From Nostoc sp. NMS7 (GTDB lineage Bacteria > Cyanobacteriota > Cyanobacteriia > Cyanobacteriales > Nostocaceae), in assembly GCF_017115085.1 (NCBI RefSeq), contig NZ_JABXKJ010000248.1:4157-68156 (forward strand): a DNA stretch of 64,000 nt, written 5' to 3'. The position numbers and the translations under genes were made by a program. Position 1 is the first letter of the stretch; every line of letters begins with the position of its first letter. The notes below the pieces were generated by a model. The model was not told the DNA's origin and made no database searches. It saw only the letters and a program-made list of their open reading frames with translations. This document shows positions 9,357 through 19,994 of this stretch, one piece after another.

Positions 9357-11519
9357 ATGCTTCAGTATCCCCATCTCGAACAAGCGCTAAAATATCACTT
9401 TGGTTACGACCAATTCCGCCCCGGACAACGGCAAATTATCGAAGAGGCGCTGCAAAATCGAGATTTAATGGTTGTGATGCCGACTGGTGGGGGGAAATCT
9501 CTGTGTTTTCAGCTACCAGCGTTGTTAAAAAATGGTTTAACGGTAGTGGTGTCGCCCTTAATTGCTTTGATGCAAGACCAAGTAGAAGCACTGCGAAATA
9601 ATAATATTAATGCGACATTTCTGAATAGCAGTTTGAATGCTTACAATGTGCGATCGCGGGAAGAAGCCATCCTCAACGGGAAAGTAAAATTACTCTACGT
9701 CGCCCCTGAACGTCTGCTGAGTGAAAGGTTTCTCCCGTTTCTCGATTTAGTTAAAGAAAAAATCGGTATTTCTAGTTTTGCGATTGATGAAGCGCACTGC
9801 GTTTCTGAATGGGGACACGATTTTCGTCCAGAATATCGCCAGTTAAAATCTCTGAGAAAACGCTATCCTGATGTTCCTACTGTCGCCCTCACCGCCACAG
9901 CAACCGATCGCGTTCGTAGTGATATCATTCAACAATTGGGACTAAAGCAACCTAGCATCCATCTCGCCAGTTTTAACCGTGAAAATCTTTATTACGAAGT
10001 TCGTCCTAAAACTAAATATGCTTACGCTGAATTGTTAGAACTAATTCGAGAAACTGAAGGTTCGACAATTATTTATTCTTTAACTCGGAAAAAAGTTGAT
10101 GAACTCACTTTTAAACTGCAAAATGATAAAGTTGTTGTTCTGCCTTATCACGCCGGATTAACTGATGAGGAACGTAGTAGTAATCAAACGCGATTTATTC
10201 GAGATGATGTCCGAGTTATGGTGGCAACAGTCGCCTTTGGGATGGGAATTAATAAACCCGATGTGCGGTTGGTAGTTCACTTTGATATGCCCAGAAACAT
10301 CGAAAGTTATTATCAAGAATCGGGTCGGGCAGGTAGAGACGGAGAACCATCTCGGTGTACAATATTTTTCAGCTTTGGTGATGTTAAAACAATTGAATGG
10401 AGCATTGATCAAAAAACTAACCCTCAAGAACAGTTGATTGCCAAACAACAACTGCGGCAGATGATCGATTATGCTGAAGGCACTGATTGTCGGCGAACGA
10501 TTCAACTGGGTTATTTTGGAGAAAGGTTTGCTGGGAATTGCGGTAACTGTGACAATTGTCGTCATCCCAAACCGATGCAAGATTGGACAATTGAAGCCAT
10601 GAAGTTTTTATCTTGTGTGGCGCGTTGCAAAGAAAGGTTTGGGATGCTACACATAATTGATGTGTTGCGGGGGGCAAAAAAAGACAAAATTATCCAGTAC
10701 GAACACGATAAACTTTCTACCTATGGTATTGGTAAAGATAGAACTCTAGATGAATGGCGAATGTTGGGGCGATCGCTTTTACATCAAGGGTTAATAGAAC
10801 AAACTAGCGATGGTTACTCAGTTTTAAAACTAAATGCCTTAAGTTGGCAAGTAATGCGAAAACAACGCCCAGTTTCCCTAGCTGTAACCACAGTCCAAAA
10901 GATTACCTGGGAAGCGGGGAGTGAAAAAGCAGAAGTTGCAGAGGTATTATTACAGAAATTGCGATCGCTACGTAAACAATTAGCTGATGAGCAATCTGTA
11001 CCACCTTACGTCATCTTCCACGATTCTACTTTAAAAGTGATGGTACAGGTACAACCCCAAAACTTAGCTGAATTTGCCAAACTTTCTGGTGTAGGTAGTC
11101 ACAAACTCGCTCAATATGGCGAAAAGTTTATTACAGAAATTCGCGCCTACCGCCAAGAAAAAGGTTTGCAAAATAAATCTGTTACTTCCGCTTCCGTATC
11201 ATCTCCCAACTCATCTTCTTACACCGAATTACAGACATTACAATTACATCAACAAGGTTTAAATATTGCTCAAATTGCCCAAAAACGCAACCTTAGTCCG
11301 GCAACAGTTAGCAATCATTTAGAGAAATTAATTGATAAAAATCAGCCAGTTGATTTAAATATATTAGTACCTTTAGAACATCAACAAAAAATTTGGCAAG
11401 TTTTAGAAGTACTCGGTGACATTTCCCTCACTCCCATCAAAGAACAACTAGGTGAAAGCTACACTTTTGATGAAATTCGCTTATTACGGAGTAAGTGGCG
11501 GCGCGAAAATCGCAAGTGA
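9357..11519 (+). CDS. recQ: ATP-dependent DNA helicase RecQ
   Basis: FGYDQFRPGQ, PTGGGKS, DEAHCVSEWGHDFRPEY, a Zn-binding CxxC cluster, and HRDC-like and wHTH C-terminal regions. Confidence 0.95.
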   Translation: MLQYPHLEQALKYHFGYDQFRPGQRQIIEEALQNRDLMVVMPTGGGKSLCFQLPALLKNGLTVVVSPLIALMQDQVEALRNNNINATFLNSSLNAYNVRSREEAILNGKVKLLYVAPERLLSERFLPFLDLVKEKIGISSFAIDEAHCVSEWGHDFRPEYRQLKSLRKRYPDVPTVALTATATDRVRSDIIQQLGLKQPSIHLASFNRENLYYEVRPKTKYAYAELLELIRETEGSTIIYSLTRKKVDELTFKLQNDKVVVLPYHAGLTDEERSSNQTRFIRDDVRVMVATVAFGMGINKPDVRLVVHFDMPRNIESYYQESGRAGRDGEPSRCTIFFSFGDVKTIEWSIDQKTNPQEQLIAKQQLRQMIDYAEGTDCRRTIQLGYFGERFAGNCGNCDNCRHPKPMQDWTIEAMKFLSCVARCKERFGMLHIIDVLRGAKKDKIIQYEHDKLSTYGIGKDRTLDEWRMLGRSLLHQGLIEQTSDGYSVLKLNALSWQVMRKQRPVSLAVTTVQKITWEAGSEKAEVAEVLLQKLRSLRKQLADEQSVPPYVIFHDSTLKVMVQVQPQNLAEFAKLSGVGSHKLAQYGEKFITEIRAYRQEKGLQNKSVTSASVSSPNSSSYTELQTLQLHQQGLNIAQIAQKRNLSPATVSNHLEKLIDKNQPVDLNILVPLEHQQKIWQVLEVLGDISLTPIKEQLGESYTFDEIRLLRSKWRRENRK

Positions 11520-11563
11520 TATTATGTCTATTAAGCTTGCTGCTATTATTTTTTGTTTATATT

Positions 11564-13150
11564 TTAGTGAGAACTTTTCACTTCCCAGAGGTTTTGCTTT
11601 CGACCTTTGTAGACAAGCTTCACTTTCAGTTTTTGATTTTCCTCAAATTTATTGACTGGAAATCTGGGAGACTCCAGTAAAAATATATTGGTGAATTTAT
11701 CAGGAATAATTGGGAGTTGTTTAGTATTTATAAACTGGAACTCAACGTCTGGATTAAGTACATGACTAAGAGATAGTACCGTTGGTATATTCTTTTCAAG
11801 AATTAATAGCGGATGAGAAGTTTGGTTAATTAGCTTAGATGCTATAACGTGGTCAAGAGTTCTTTTAGTCCACCAAGTTTCTGCCTGGGAACTAACATAA
11901 CAAGATATAATCCCCCCCATCAGAAGAGCAACAAAAGATAATTTCCATAAGTTAGCGATAAACAGTTTTCTATTTATAGGATTCATTTTCTTAGCAAATA
12001 GATAGGCTACAGATAAATGAATACCCAAGTAAGAGGGAACAAAATATCGTGCCATAATCGACCGATATCCCCCTGAAACCAAATCTAATAGCACCATGGG
12101 TAGAGAGTTAGCAGCCATCAATATCAGAAGAAAAACTGATATTGATGCGGGCGTTTCACGGCAAACAAAATAAATGGAGTATCCAACTAAAATCAACAGT
12201 AGAGGAATTAAATAAATACCGAAAGATAGATTAAATCTAGAATCTGGTAAGTATGTAAATAAATACCAAAAATCCATAAAGCTATAGCTGATATTTCTCA
12301 TCCATTCTTGAATGATATTTGATATTGGCATAGTTTCAAATGCCCACTTTGAAGTTTCTTGAAAACTATTATAATTAACAGCAATAGCCAAAATCCAAGG
12401 AAGAAATGCTAAAAGTGCCAACAATGACGCGAGAATATAAGCAATGACAGTTTTAGTAAATCTGAAGCGTTCAATGACCAGCAGATATAATCCATTTCCA
12501 ATTGCTACTAATATAGTGAGTAGGTATGTGTATAAGCCAATCGTCATTGTTATTGCATAGAGCAACCAACTCACCTTTGTTTTTAGTCGCAATGCTCGCA
12601 AAAATGACGCACTTGATAGGACAATAGTTACTGCCCATAAACTATAAGGTCTTGCTTCTTGGGCATACAATATATTAAAAGGTGAAACAGCCATAATTGC
12701 CATTGCTATCCACCCCACCATTGATGAACCAAATAATTCTAGACACAACCAATATGTGCAAGGGAAGATTAGCAGACTTATCAGTGCAGAAATACTCCGC
12801 GTTACTGCAATAGAATTACCAAAAAGTTTTACCCAAAACCTGGCTATTAGAAAATATAGTGGTGGAAGCTGTGGTTCTTCTAGTGCTAATCCTTTAATAG
12901 TATCAGTGAATTTTTTTTGAGAATTTGTGCGTTGATATTTGTGTATATCTTCTATAGTAACTATTCTACCATCAAATAGTTGGCTCTCTACTTCTTTTGC
13001 TGTATAGCCTGAGAGCCTTAATGATGTGAAAGTTTCATCTCCCCAATAAATCTTTTTATCTAAATTAATGAATCGAAAAAATATTCCCAATGTCAATACA
13101 ATGATAATTAAAAATTTTATGCCTATTGGAGTTATTGATAATTTCTTCAT
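11564..13150 (-). CDS. polytopic membrane glycosyltransferase (GT39/ArnT-like)
   Basis: 528 aa with about 11 predicted TM segments. N-terminal YWGDE...SLR motif region and a soluble C-terminal domain. Confidence 0.7.
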   Translation of the reverse strand: MKKLSITPIGIKFLIIIVLTLGIFFRFINLDKKIYWGDETFTSLRLSGYTAKEVESQLFDGRIVTIEDIHKYQRTNSQKKFTDTIKGLALEEPQLPPLYFLIARFWVKLFGNSIAVTRSISALISLLIFPCTYWLCLELFGSSMVGWIAMAIMAVSPFNILYAQEARPYSLWAVTIVLSSASFLRALRLKTKVSWLLYAITMTIGLYTYLLTILVAIGNGLYLLVIERFRFTKTVIAYILASLLALLAFLPWILAIAVNYNSFQETSKWAFETMPISNIIQEWMRNISYSFMDFWYLFTYLPDSRFNLSFGIYLIPLLLILVGYSIYFVCRETPASISVFLLILMAANSLPMVLLDLVSGGYRSIMARYFVPSYLGIHLSVAYLFAKKMNPINRKLFIANLWKLSFVALLMGGIISCYVSSQAETWWTKRTLDHVIASKLINQTSHPLLILEKNIPTVLSLSHVLNPDVEFQFINTKQLPIIPDKFTNIFLLESPRFPVNKFEENQKLKVKLVYKGRKQNLWEVKSSH

Positions 13151-13829
13151 TCAACTATTTTCCTCTTTCTTTTTCTATATGGTGTGATTCATATTATGTC
13201 AATCGTTATATTAGTTACGTTTTAGTTTAGCTTCAATCAGTAATTATACTGAATAAATTCTCGCAGGGGCGCACATTTAGCTGTGCATTGGTGTCAACTT
13301 AAGCTCAAACCCCTTTTAAAACCTCCTTTCCAGCCTGATTGGGCTACTTTGCCGCAAGTCAAGATACGGAGCCTCTGATTACTCTCATTAGAGAATATAT
13401 AAATCCTTGTTTCTTCGTGCTTGATTGTAAGCAAAGATTTTTTGGCTTTGCTGATAAAGCAAGGCTTTAACTCATCCCCCGGCTTCAAGCTGGGGGATTT
13501 CGAGTCATTAGTCATTAGTACCAATGACTAATGACTAAATCGGCGGGCGGCTATTCCTCCCACTCCTTGAAGGTAGGGGATTCCCGCCGATTTTCGTTGA
13601 AAAAGATTCAAAGCCAGCATCTGGTTTTTCTCTCTTCACAAATATAAAAGAGCGCTAGGGTATCTCACTTCAAGCATCAGCAAACTTGTAAGCTAACCCC
13701 GTAACAAAATGTAACACGTCAAAATCTTTGTGATTGCTTCGTTGTACTTGCAATCTGCTGTATATTAACCCTGTCCTTTTTCACGTAAAATAAGGGCAAT
13801 AAAACTCAATTTATCAAAGGAGAATACTC

Positions 13830-14414
13830 GTGTCTTATCTCGCAAAGCTAAATCAGTCACCACGTTTAATGACTCTTGCTGCTTGTGCTGCAATCATGGC
13901 TACAATTCCAATTAATTCTGCTTTTGCAGCACCGACCGATCCTAGTAGTTATCCAGCTTCCTGTGGGAACATTCGTGTTACTGGAGCTACCTTAACGGCA
14001 AGTTGTCGCAGAATTAATGGCACATATAGGTCAACATCAATTTTGATTCGGGGAATATACAATAATAATGGAGTTTTGCTTTATAGTAGTAATCCCAGAT
14101 CCGCTAGTAGTTATCAAAATTCTTGTCGGAGAATTGGTGTTACTGGAGCTACCTTAACGGCAAGTTGTCGCAGAATTAATGGCACATATAGGTCAACATC
14201 AATTTTGATTCGGGGAATATACAATAATAATGGAGTTTTGCTTTATAGTAGTAATCCCAGATCCGCTAGTAGTTATCAAAATTCTTGTCGGAGAATTGGT
14301 GTTACTGGAGCTACCTTAACGGCAAGTTGTCGCAGAATTAATGGCACATATAGGTCAACATCAATTTTGATTAAGGGAATATACAATAATAATGGAGTTT
14401 TGCGCTATTCATAG
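13830..14414 (+). CDS. secreted CVNH (cyanovirin-N homology) lectin-like protein with three 54-aa half-domain repeats
   Basis: Signal peptide ...INSAFA/AP. Each unit reads SC-x13-SCRRINGTYRSTSILI-x-GIYNNNGVL-x-Y, which resembles cyanovirin-N halves (Cys spacing of 14). The underlying 162-bp DNA repeats are near-identical. Confidence 0.7.
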   Translation: MSYLAKLNQSPRLMTLAACAAIMATIPINSAFAAPTDPSSYPASCGNIRVTGATLTASCRRINGTYRSTSILIRGIYNNNGVLLYSSNPRSASSYQNSCRRIGVTGATLTASCRRINGTYRSTSILIRGIYNNNGVLLYSSNPRSASSYQNSCRRIGVTGATLTASCRRINGTYRSTSILIKGIYNNNGVLRYS

Positions 14415-14455
14415 GTAGACATTAGGCTGCGTTAAAGTTTGTTGTTTTACCAAAA

Positions 14456-14488
14456 TTTAGATGAGGTAGTTTATCTACCTCATCTAAA
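14456..14488. terminator. bidirectional hairpin terminator between convergent genes
   Basis: tttagatgaggtag-tttat-ctacctcatctaaa is a 14-bp stem flanked by A/T runs on both sides. Confidence 0.5.
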
Positions 14489-14518
14489 TTTTAAAATAAT
14501 TTACTTGCAAAGAGTCCA

Positions 14519-14764
14519 TTAGTTCGGAGAACACTTGGCACAGAAATCAGGACTGAATTTACAGAATTGGCTACCTGTCAATCCATAAGCTGTACAATAA
14601 GGAAAACTGGTAAGTTCGACTCTGGCAGTTTGTAATTTGGAACCATTGGGTAACGCTTCACTAAGTTTGGTTTTATCAGCCAGAAGGATAGCTACAAGTC
14701 TAGGGAACGCCACGCAAGCAGCAATATTGAGCAGCGTTAGCAGTATAGTGTCTATCAAATTCAT
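14519..14764 (-). CDS. small Cys-rich membrane-anchored hypothetical protein
   Basis: 81-aa ORF with an N-terminal TM helix. No recognisable family. Confidence 0.35.
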   Translation of the reverse strand: MNLIDTILLTLLNIAACVAFPRLVAILLADKTKLSEALPNGSKLQTARVELTSFPYCTAYGLTGSQFCKFSPDFCAKCSPN

Positions 14765-14994
14765 AGGTAATCATCTCCTGTGAAACGTAGGCGATCGCTA
14801 TTCTTAGATGCAAATACAATCTATTGCTTGCAGTCTATGTAAATCAACTTTAACATAAATTTTTGTAAATATAAACGTGGAATTCCTGGAATTATCATAT
14901 ACAGAAGGAAATGTGGATAATAAGGATGGTCATTGTAGCGTAACAACAAAATAAACTGGAAAACAATCAGTTTACAATATTTAGGTAAGGTGTT

Positions 14995-16971
14995 ATGTCA
15001 AAAACCCAAACCGCGTCTTCTTTTTTATCTAACATCAGTGAGCGAGAAAGGCAGGCATTAAAGCGGTTGGTAGATTACACAAATGTAGAATCGCTACCAG
15101 AAATTTGGCCTTTGGCAGCTCAACAATTTGGTGATGTTATCGCCCTCCGTAGCCCTCACGCTAAACCAGAGGTAGTGATTACTTATACCCAGCTAGCAGA
15201 GCAAATGCAACTATTTGCTACTGGGTTGCAGGCGTTGGGAGTAAAGGTAGGCGATCGCATTTCCCTAATTGCTGACAACAGTCCTCGCTGGTTTATTGCC
15301 GATCAAGGGATAATGACGGCTGGGGGAGTTGATGTGGTGCGTAGCTCCCAAGCGGAAAAAGAAGAACTGCTGTTTATCATCGCTAATAGTGGCAGCACGG
15401 CAATAGTAGTTGAGGATTTAAAAACACTTAAAAAACTCCAAGATCGCCTCAATGATTTACCAATTCAGGTAGTCATCTTACTTTCGGATGAAGCACCACC
15501 AATAGACCAAACCCTAAAGGTGCTGAACTTTGCCCAGTTGATGGAAATTGGGGTAAATCATAATTTTGTGCCAGTCAAACAAAATCGTGACGCTCTAGCA
15601 ACCCTAATTTACACCTCTGGTACCACAGGCAAACCCAAGGGTGTGATGCTGTCTTATAACAACTTAATGCACCAAGTAACAACATTTGGGACAGTAGTGC
15701 AACCAAACGTGGGCAACATGGTTCTCAGCATCCTACCTTCGTGGCACAGTTATGAACGAACTGTTGAATATTACCTACTATCTCAAGGTTGTACGCAAGT
15801 TTATACCAACTTGCGCTCTGTCAAAGGAGATTTGAGACAATTTAAACCGAACTACATGGTGGGTGTACCCCGCCTGTGGGAATCGATTTATGAAGGAGTT
15901 CAGAAACAGTTCCGCGAACAACCAGCGAATAAGCAACGCCTAATTAACTTTTTATTGGGCATTAGCGAAAAATATATCAAAGCGCGGCGAGTTGCTCAAG
16001 GGTTGAATTTAAATAATCTTCATGCTTCACCCGTCGAACAATTAGCAGCTAGGATACAAGTAGCTGCTTTATTACCCCTCCATGCCTTGGGAGAACGACT
16101 GGTTTATGCCAAGGTGCGAGAAGCCACAGGAGGAAAAGTTAAGCAGATGATTAGCGGCGGGGGTGCGCTTCCCAGACACATAGATAACTTCTTTGAAATT
16201 ATTGGTGTGCAGATTTTGCAAGGTTATGGCTTGACAGAAACTTCTCCTGTTACCCATGTGCGGCGTCCTTGGCGAAATTTGATTGGTGCATCAGGGCAAC
16301 CACTTCCGGCTACAGAAGCTAAAATTGTAGATCCTGAGACAAAAGCGCCTTTACCAATAGAGAAACGAGGCTTAGTATTGTTGAGGGGGCCGCAGATAAT
16401 GCCAGGCTATTACCAAAATCCCGAAGCGACAGCGAAAGCAATTGATGCTGAGGGTTGGTTTGATAGCGGCGATTTGGGCTGGCTGACACCACAAGATGAT
16501 TTAGTGCTGACTGGCAGGGCAAAGGATACGATTGTATTGACTAACGGCGAAAATATCGAGCCACAGCCGATTGAAGATGCGTGTTTGCGATCGCCATACA
16601 TTGATCAAATTATGCTCGTCGGCCAAGATCAGCGCAGTCTGGGAGCCTTAATTGTCCCCAATCTCGAAGCCCTAGAAAAATGGGCAGCAAGCCAGAATCT
16701 GACACTGGATACGCCCAATGATCAGGTTACTTCCTCACCTAGTCAAAAAATTGACTTGCAGAGTAAAATGATCCAGGATTTATTTCGGCAAGAATTGAAT
16801 CGGGAAGTGCAAAATCGTCCAGGCTTTCGACCGGATGACCGCATCGGAACGTTTAAACTCATTCTGGAACAGTTTTCTATCGAAAATGGCTTGATGACAC
16901 AAACACTGAAAGTTCGCCGACACGTCGTCAGCGAACGCTATCGCGATATTATTGACGGCATGTTTGCCTGA
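14995..16971 (+). CDS. long-chain acyl-ACP/CoA synthetase (AMP-dependent synthetase/ligase, Aas-like)
   Basis: AMP-binding motif LIYTSGTTGKPKGVML, plus GYGLTETS and GWFDSGDLG. The size matches cyanobacterial Aas. Confidence 0.85.
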   Translation: MSKTQTASSFLSNISERERQALKRLVDYTNVESLPEIWPLAAQQFGDVIALRSPHAKPEVVITYTQLAEQMQLFATGLQALGVKVGDRISLIADNSPRWFIADQGIMTAGGVDVVRSSQAEKEELLFIIANSGSTAIVVEDLKTLKKLQDRLNDLPIQVVILLSDEAPPIDQTLKVLNFAQLMEIGVNHNFVPVKQNRDALATLIYTSGTTGKPKGVMLSYNNLMHQVTTFGTVVQPNVGNMVLSILPSWHSYERTVEYYLLSQGCTQVYTNLRSVKGDLRQFKPNYMVGVPRLWESIYEGVQKQFREQPANKQRLINFLLGISEKYIKARRVAQGLNLNNLHASPVEQLAARIQVAALLPLHALGERLVYAKVREATGGKVKQMISGGGALPRHIDNFFEIIGVQILQGYGLTETSPVTHVRRPWRNLIGASGQPLPATEAKIVDPETKAPLPIEKRGLVLLRGPQIMPGYYQNPEATAKAIDAEGWFDSGDLGWLTPQDDLVLTGRAKDTIVLTNGENIEPQPIEDACLRSPYIDQIMLVGQDQRSLGALIVPNLEALEKWAASQNLTLDTPNDQVTSSPSQKIDLQSKMIQDLFRQELNREVQNRPGFRPDDRIGTFKLILEQFSIENGLMTQTLKVRRHVVSERYRDIIDGMFA

Positions 16972-17462
16972 TGATTCCACCTGCTAATTACAAGAGTGAA
17001 CGTGAAATATTTATGGATGTCTCCAAATCTAATTTGCTTCTGAAACGTGTCGTTAACGTCAAAGTCATTGTTACTCCCCTGTGGAAAGAGGAAGTACAAC
17101 AGCAGCTGCAAACGCAGATCAATCAAATCGACCAGCAACTGCAACAGCTAGAAGTCGAAGGACAAAGAGCGGTGGCGGCAATTCAAAAGCAGAGTCTGCA
17201 ACCACCTGGACCCCAGACCCTTCAACAAATTGACAATATTCAACTCCAAGTCAATGAAAAGAAAAGTGAACTGCTAGAGCAGAAAAATCAGTTGCTGCAA
17301 AACCTCCAGCAAGTGCAGTTTCTCCAACAGGATCAGGAAGTCAATCAATTTCAAATGGAAGGCTTTTTCCGGGTAGAAATCGGTGATAACTTAATTAGCA
17401 AAATGCAGGTCGAAATCGTTCTACGCGATGGCGTTGTAGAAGAAATTCGCGGCGACATTTAA
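16971..17462 (+). CDS. YlqD-like coiled-coil protein
   Basis: Q-rich central coiled coil flanked by beta-rich ends. The TGATG overlap suggests translational coupling to the upstream gene, but the start could be at 17013. Confidence 0.5.
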   Translation: MIPPANYKSEREIFMDVSKSNLLLKRVVNVKVIVTPLWKEEVQQQLQTQINQIDQQLQQLEVEGQRAVAAIQKQSLQPPGPQTLQQIDNIQLQVNEKKSELLEQKNQLLQNLQQVQFLQQDQEVNQFQMEGFFRVEIGDNLISKMQVEIVLRDGVVEEIRGDI

Positions 17463-17465
17463 ATT

Positions 17466-17533
17466 TGTCATTTGTCCGTTGTCATTTGTTTTGTGACTAA
17501 TGACCAATGACCAATGACTAATGACTAATGACA
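17466..17533. repeat. STRR-type heptamer tract (TGACTAA/TGACCAA)
   Basis: tgactaatgaccaatgaccaatgactaatgactaatgaca. Related tracts occur at 13505-13540, 18311-18391, 48828-48850 and 55375-55520. Confidence 0.85.
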
Positions 17534-18067
17534 GATGTGATTTAACTTCGTGTGAGAGCGGCTCCCAATCGAACATTCTTCCTGGGAGCCAGCCCAAATA
17601 ATTTGCCACACTGGAGGTGAGCTAATAAAAAGCGATCGCCCAAAGGTTGTCATCTCAGCTCGATATTTAACTATACCAACAGAATTATCACCCCGCTTGA
17701 TTTGCGTAATCGTCACTAACGCCTGATTTGGCTGCGGATAAACTACCTCGATCTTTCGCTTTCCTCCCACTGCTATGTCCTCAAAGGCATTCAGGGCGAG
17801 GGTAGTAGGATTACTGCCTTGGAGAGATGAGTTAAGTTTTTCTAAAGGTATAATTTGATAATCGGAACGCTCTGAGAATGCTGCAACTTCCTGAGACTGA
17901 TGTATTGCTCCCATCTGCTGGGTTTGCTCATCACTAGTCTCAACAATCGGTGCAGATTGCTGGTGCTGAATAATATAAACTCCAGTACCAGCCGTGGCAG
18001 AGATACTTAATATCACAATCAAAAAGAATTTCAGCTTTGCCGACATAAAAGTAAACAGGAATTTCAA
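17525..18067 (-). CDS. hypothetical exported/membrane-anchored protein
   Basis: 180-aa ORF with an N-terminal hydrophobic segment. No recognised family. Confidence 0.4.
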   Translation of the reverse strand: MKFLFTFMSAKLKFFLIVILSISATAGTGVYIIQHQQSAPIVETSDEQTQQMGAIHQSQEVAAFSERSDYQIIPLEKLNSSLQGSNPTTLALNAFEDIAVGGKRKIEVVYPQPNQALVTITQIKRGDNSVGIVKYRAEMTTFGRSLFISSPPVWQIIWAGSQEECSIGSRSHTKLNHICH

Positions 18068-18488
18068 ATAGGTTTATTACCAATTTTGAATTCTAGATTG
18101 AACCGCATCCCATATCCTCTATCCGTGAGAAGCTCTTGTATTCTTAAGTAGTGGTTATGAGGAATATTAAATAGCAATCCCATTTAATCTGTGAGAAACT
18201 CGTGGTGGTTTTTGCAAGTCAATGACTAAAACGAGATCGAGCAAGATATTTGCTAACCATTGAGGATAGTTCTGTATTATAGACCTCTAAACTATATTTA
18301 GGTTCCTAGAGTCATTAGTCATTAGTGAATGGCCAATGGCAATTCCCAATTCCTAATGCCCCATGCCCAATTCCCAATGCCCAATGCCCAACCTAAAATA
18401 TAAACAGTCTAAAACTCTCCCATCAAGATACAATTCGATCTGACAAAAGCTGTTAAAGTCCATAAACCATTGATTTCCAAACCACCCT

Positions 18489-19790
18489 ATGAGCATTCAC
18501 GAAGTATTTATGCCGGCGCTGAGTTCCACCATGACCGAAGGCAAAATCGTTTCCTGGGTGAAATCGCCAGGTGAGAAGGTGGAAAAAGGCGAAACAGTGG
18601 TGGTTGTAGAGTCAGATAAGGCAGATATGGATGTAGAAACCTTTTATGAAGGATTTCTTGCCCATATTATAGTTGAAGCTGGTGAAACTGCCCCGGTAGG
18701 ATCTGCGATCGCCTTCATCGCCGAAACAGAAGCTGAAATTGAAACTGCGAAATCTCTGGCCAATTCCGGCAGTGCGGCTGCTACTACCTCTTCCCCTGAA
18801 CCAATCGCCGCCGACACAGCCTCAGCTGCAACACCTGCCTTAGCGTCTCAAAAAGGGTCTAACCACAAAGAAGGAAGGCTTGTAGCTTCACCCCGTGCCC
18901 GCAAGTTAGCCAAAGAACTGAAAGTTGATTTAACTACACTCGAAGGTAGTGGCCCCCACGGTCGCATTGTCGCCGAAGATGTAGAAGCATTCTCGAATCA
19001 GGGCAAACAACCCGCCACTGCCCCAGTTGCCCCAGCAGCACCCGTACCAATCAGCGCCCCAGTTGCACCCCCAGCACCTCGGACAGCAGCACCCGCAACC
19101 GTAGTAGCGGCTGTTCCGGGTCAAATCGTGCCTCTAACTACCTTCCAAAATGCCGTAGTGCGGAATATGGTAGCCACCATATCCGTGCCCGTCTTCCGTG
19201 TCGGTTATACAATTACCACCGATGGATTAGACAAACTTTATAAACAAATTAAATCCAAAGGCGTGACAATGACAGCGCTACTGGCGAAAGCTGTAGCAGT
19301 GACGTTGCAAAAACACCCATTGTTAAATGCTAGCTACTCAGAGCAGGGCATTGTCTATCATTCTGATATTAACATTTCCGTAGCAGTAGCGATGGATGAT
19401 GGCGGATTGATTACGCCTGTGCTGCAAAATGCCGACGCAGTGGATATCTATTCTCTATCGCGTACTTGGAAGTCTTTGGTAGAACGTGCCAGGGCAAAAC
19501 AACTACAGCCCCAAGAATACAACAGTGGTACTTTTACCCTGTCAAATTTGGGGATGTTTGGAGTAGATAGATTTGATGCGATTTTGCCGCCTGGACAAGG
19601 TTCAATTTTAGCGATCGGGGCATCCCGTCCGCAAGTGGTAGCAACACCCGACGGTTTATTTAGTGTACGGCAACAAATGCAAGTCAATATTACTTCTGAC
19701 CACCGGATTATTTACGGTGCCCATGCTGCGGCGTTCCTGCAAGATTTAGCGAAATTGATTGAGATGAATCCTCAATCTTTGACAATGTAA
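18489..19790 (+). CDS. pdhC: dihydrolipoamide acetyltransferase (E2 of pyruvate dehydrogenase)
   Basis: Lipoyl domain VVVVESDKADMDVE, Ala/Pro linker, E3-binding SPRARKLAKE, and catalytic DHRIIYGAHAA. Confidence 0.9.
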   Translation: MSIHEVFMPALSSTMTEGKIVSWVKSPGEKVEKGETVVVVESDKADMDVETFYEGFLAHIIVEAGETAPVGSAIAFIAETEAEIETAKSLANSGSAAATTSSPEPIAADTASAATPALASQKGSNHKEGRLVASPRARKLAKELKVDLTTLEGSGPHGRIVAEDVEAFSNQGKQPATAPVAPAAPVPISAPVAPPAPRTAAPATVVAAVPGQIVPLTTFQNAVVRNMVATISVPVFRVGYTITTDGLDKLYKQIKSKGVTMTALLAKAVAVTLQKHPLLNASYSEQGIVYHSDINISVAVAMDDGGLITPVLQNADAVDIYSLSRTWKSLVERARAKQLQPQEYNSGTFTLSNLGMFGVDRFDAILPPGQGSILAIGASRPQVVATPDGLFSVRQQMQVNITSDHRIIYGAHAAAFLQDLAKLIEMNPQSLTM

Positions 19791-19994
19791 TTTTGAAAAG
19801 ACACCAAATTTAAATGTTAGCGCTACCAGCGAGCAGCAGTTTGTCATAGAGTAGCGCTAACAACAAACAATAACTAATACCAATTCAAAATTAAGAAAGC
19901 CTGATTTAATCTGGGTTTCTTTCTTTTGTATCTGTTAAATTCTTTTTTCAAATTGGTATAAACTTAAATTTCTGATGTCCAAACTGATATCAAA

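Noticed and set aside
13294-13524. 76-aa minus-strand ORF
   Set aside because: It runs into an STRR palindrome (gtcattagtcattagtaccaatgactaatgac). It has no recognisable domain and a weak start context.
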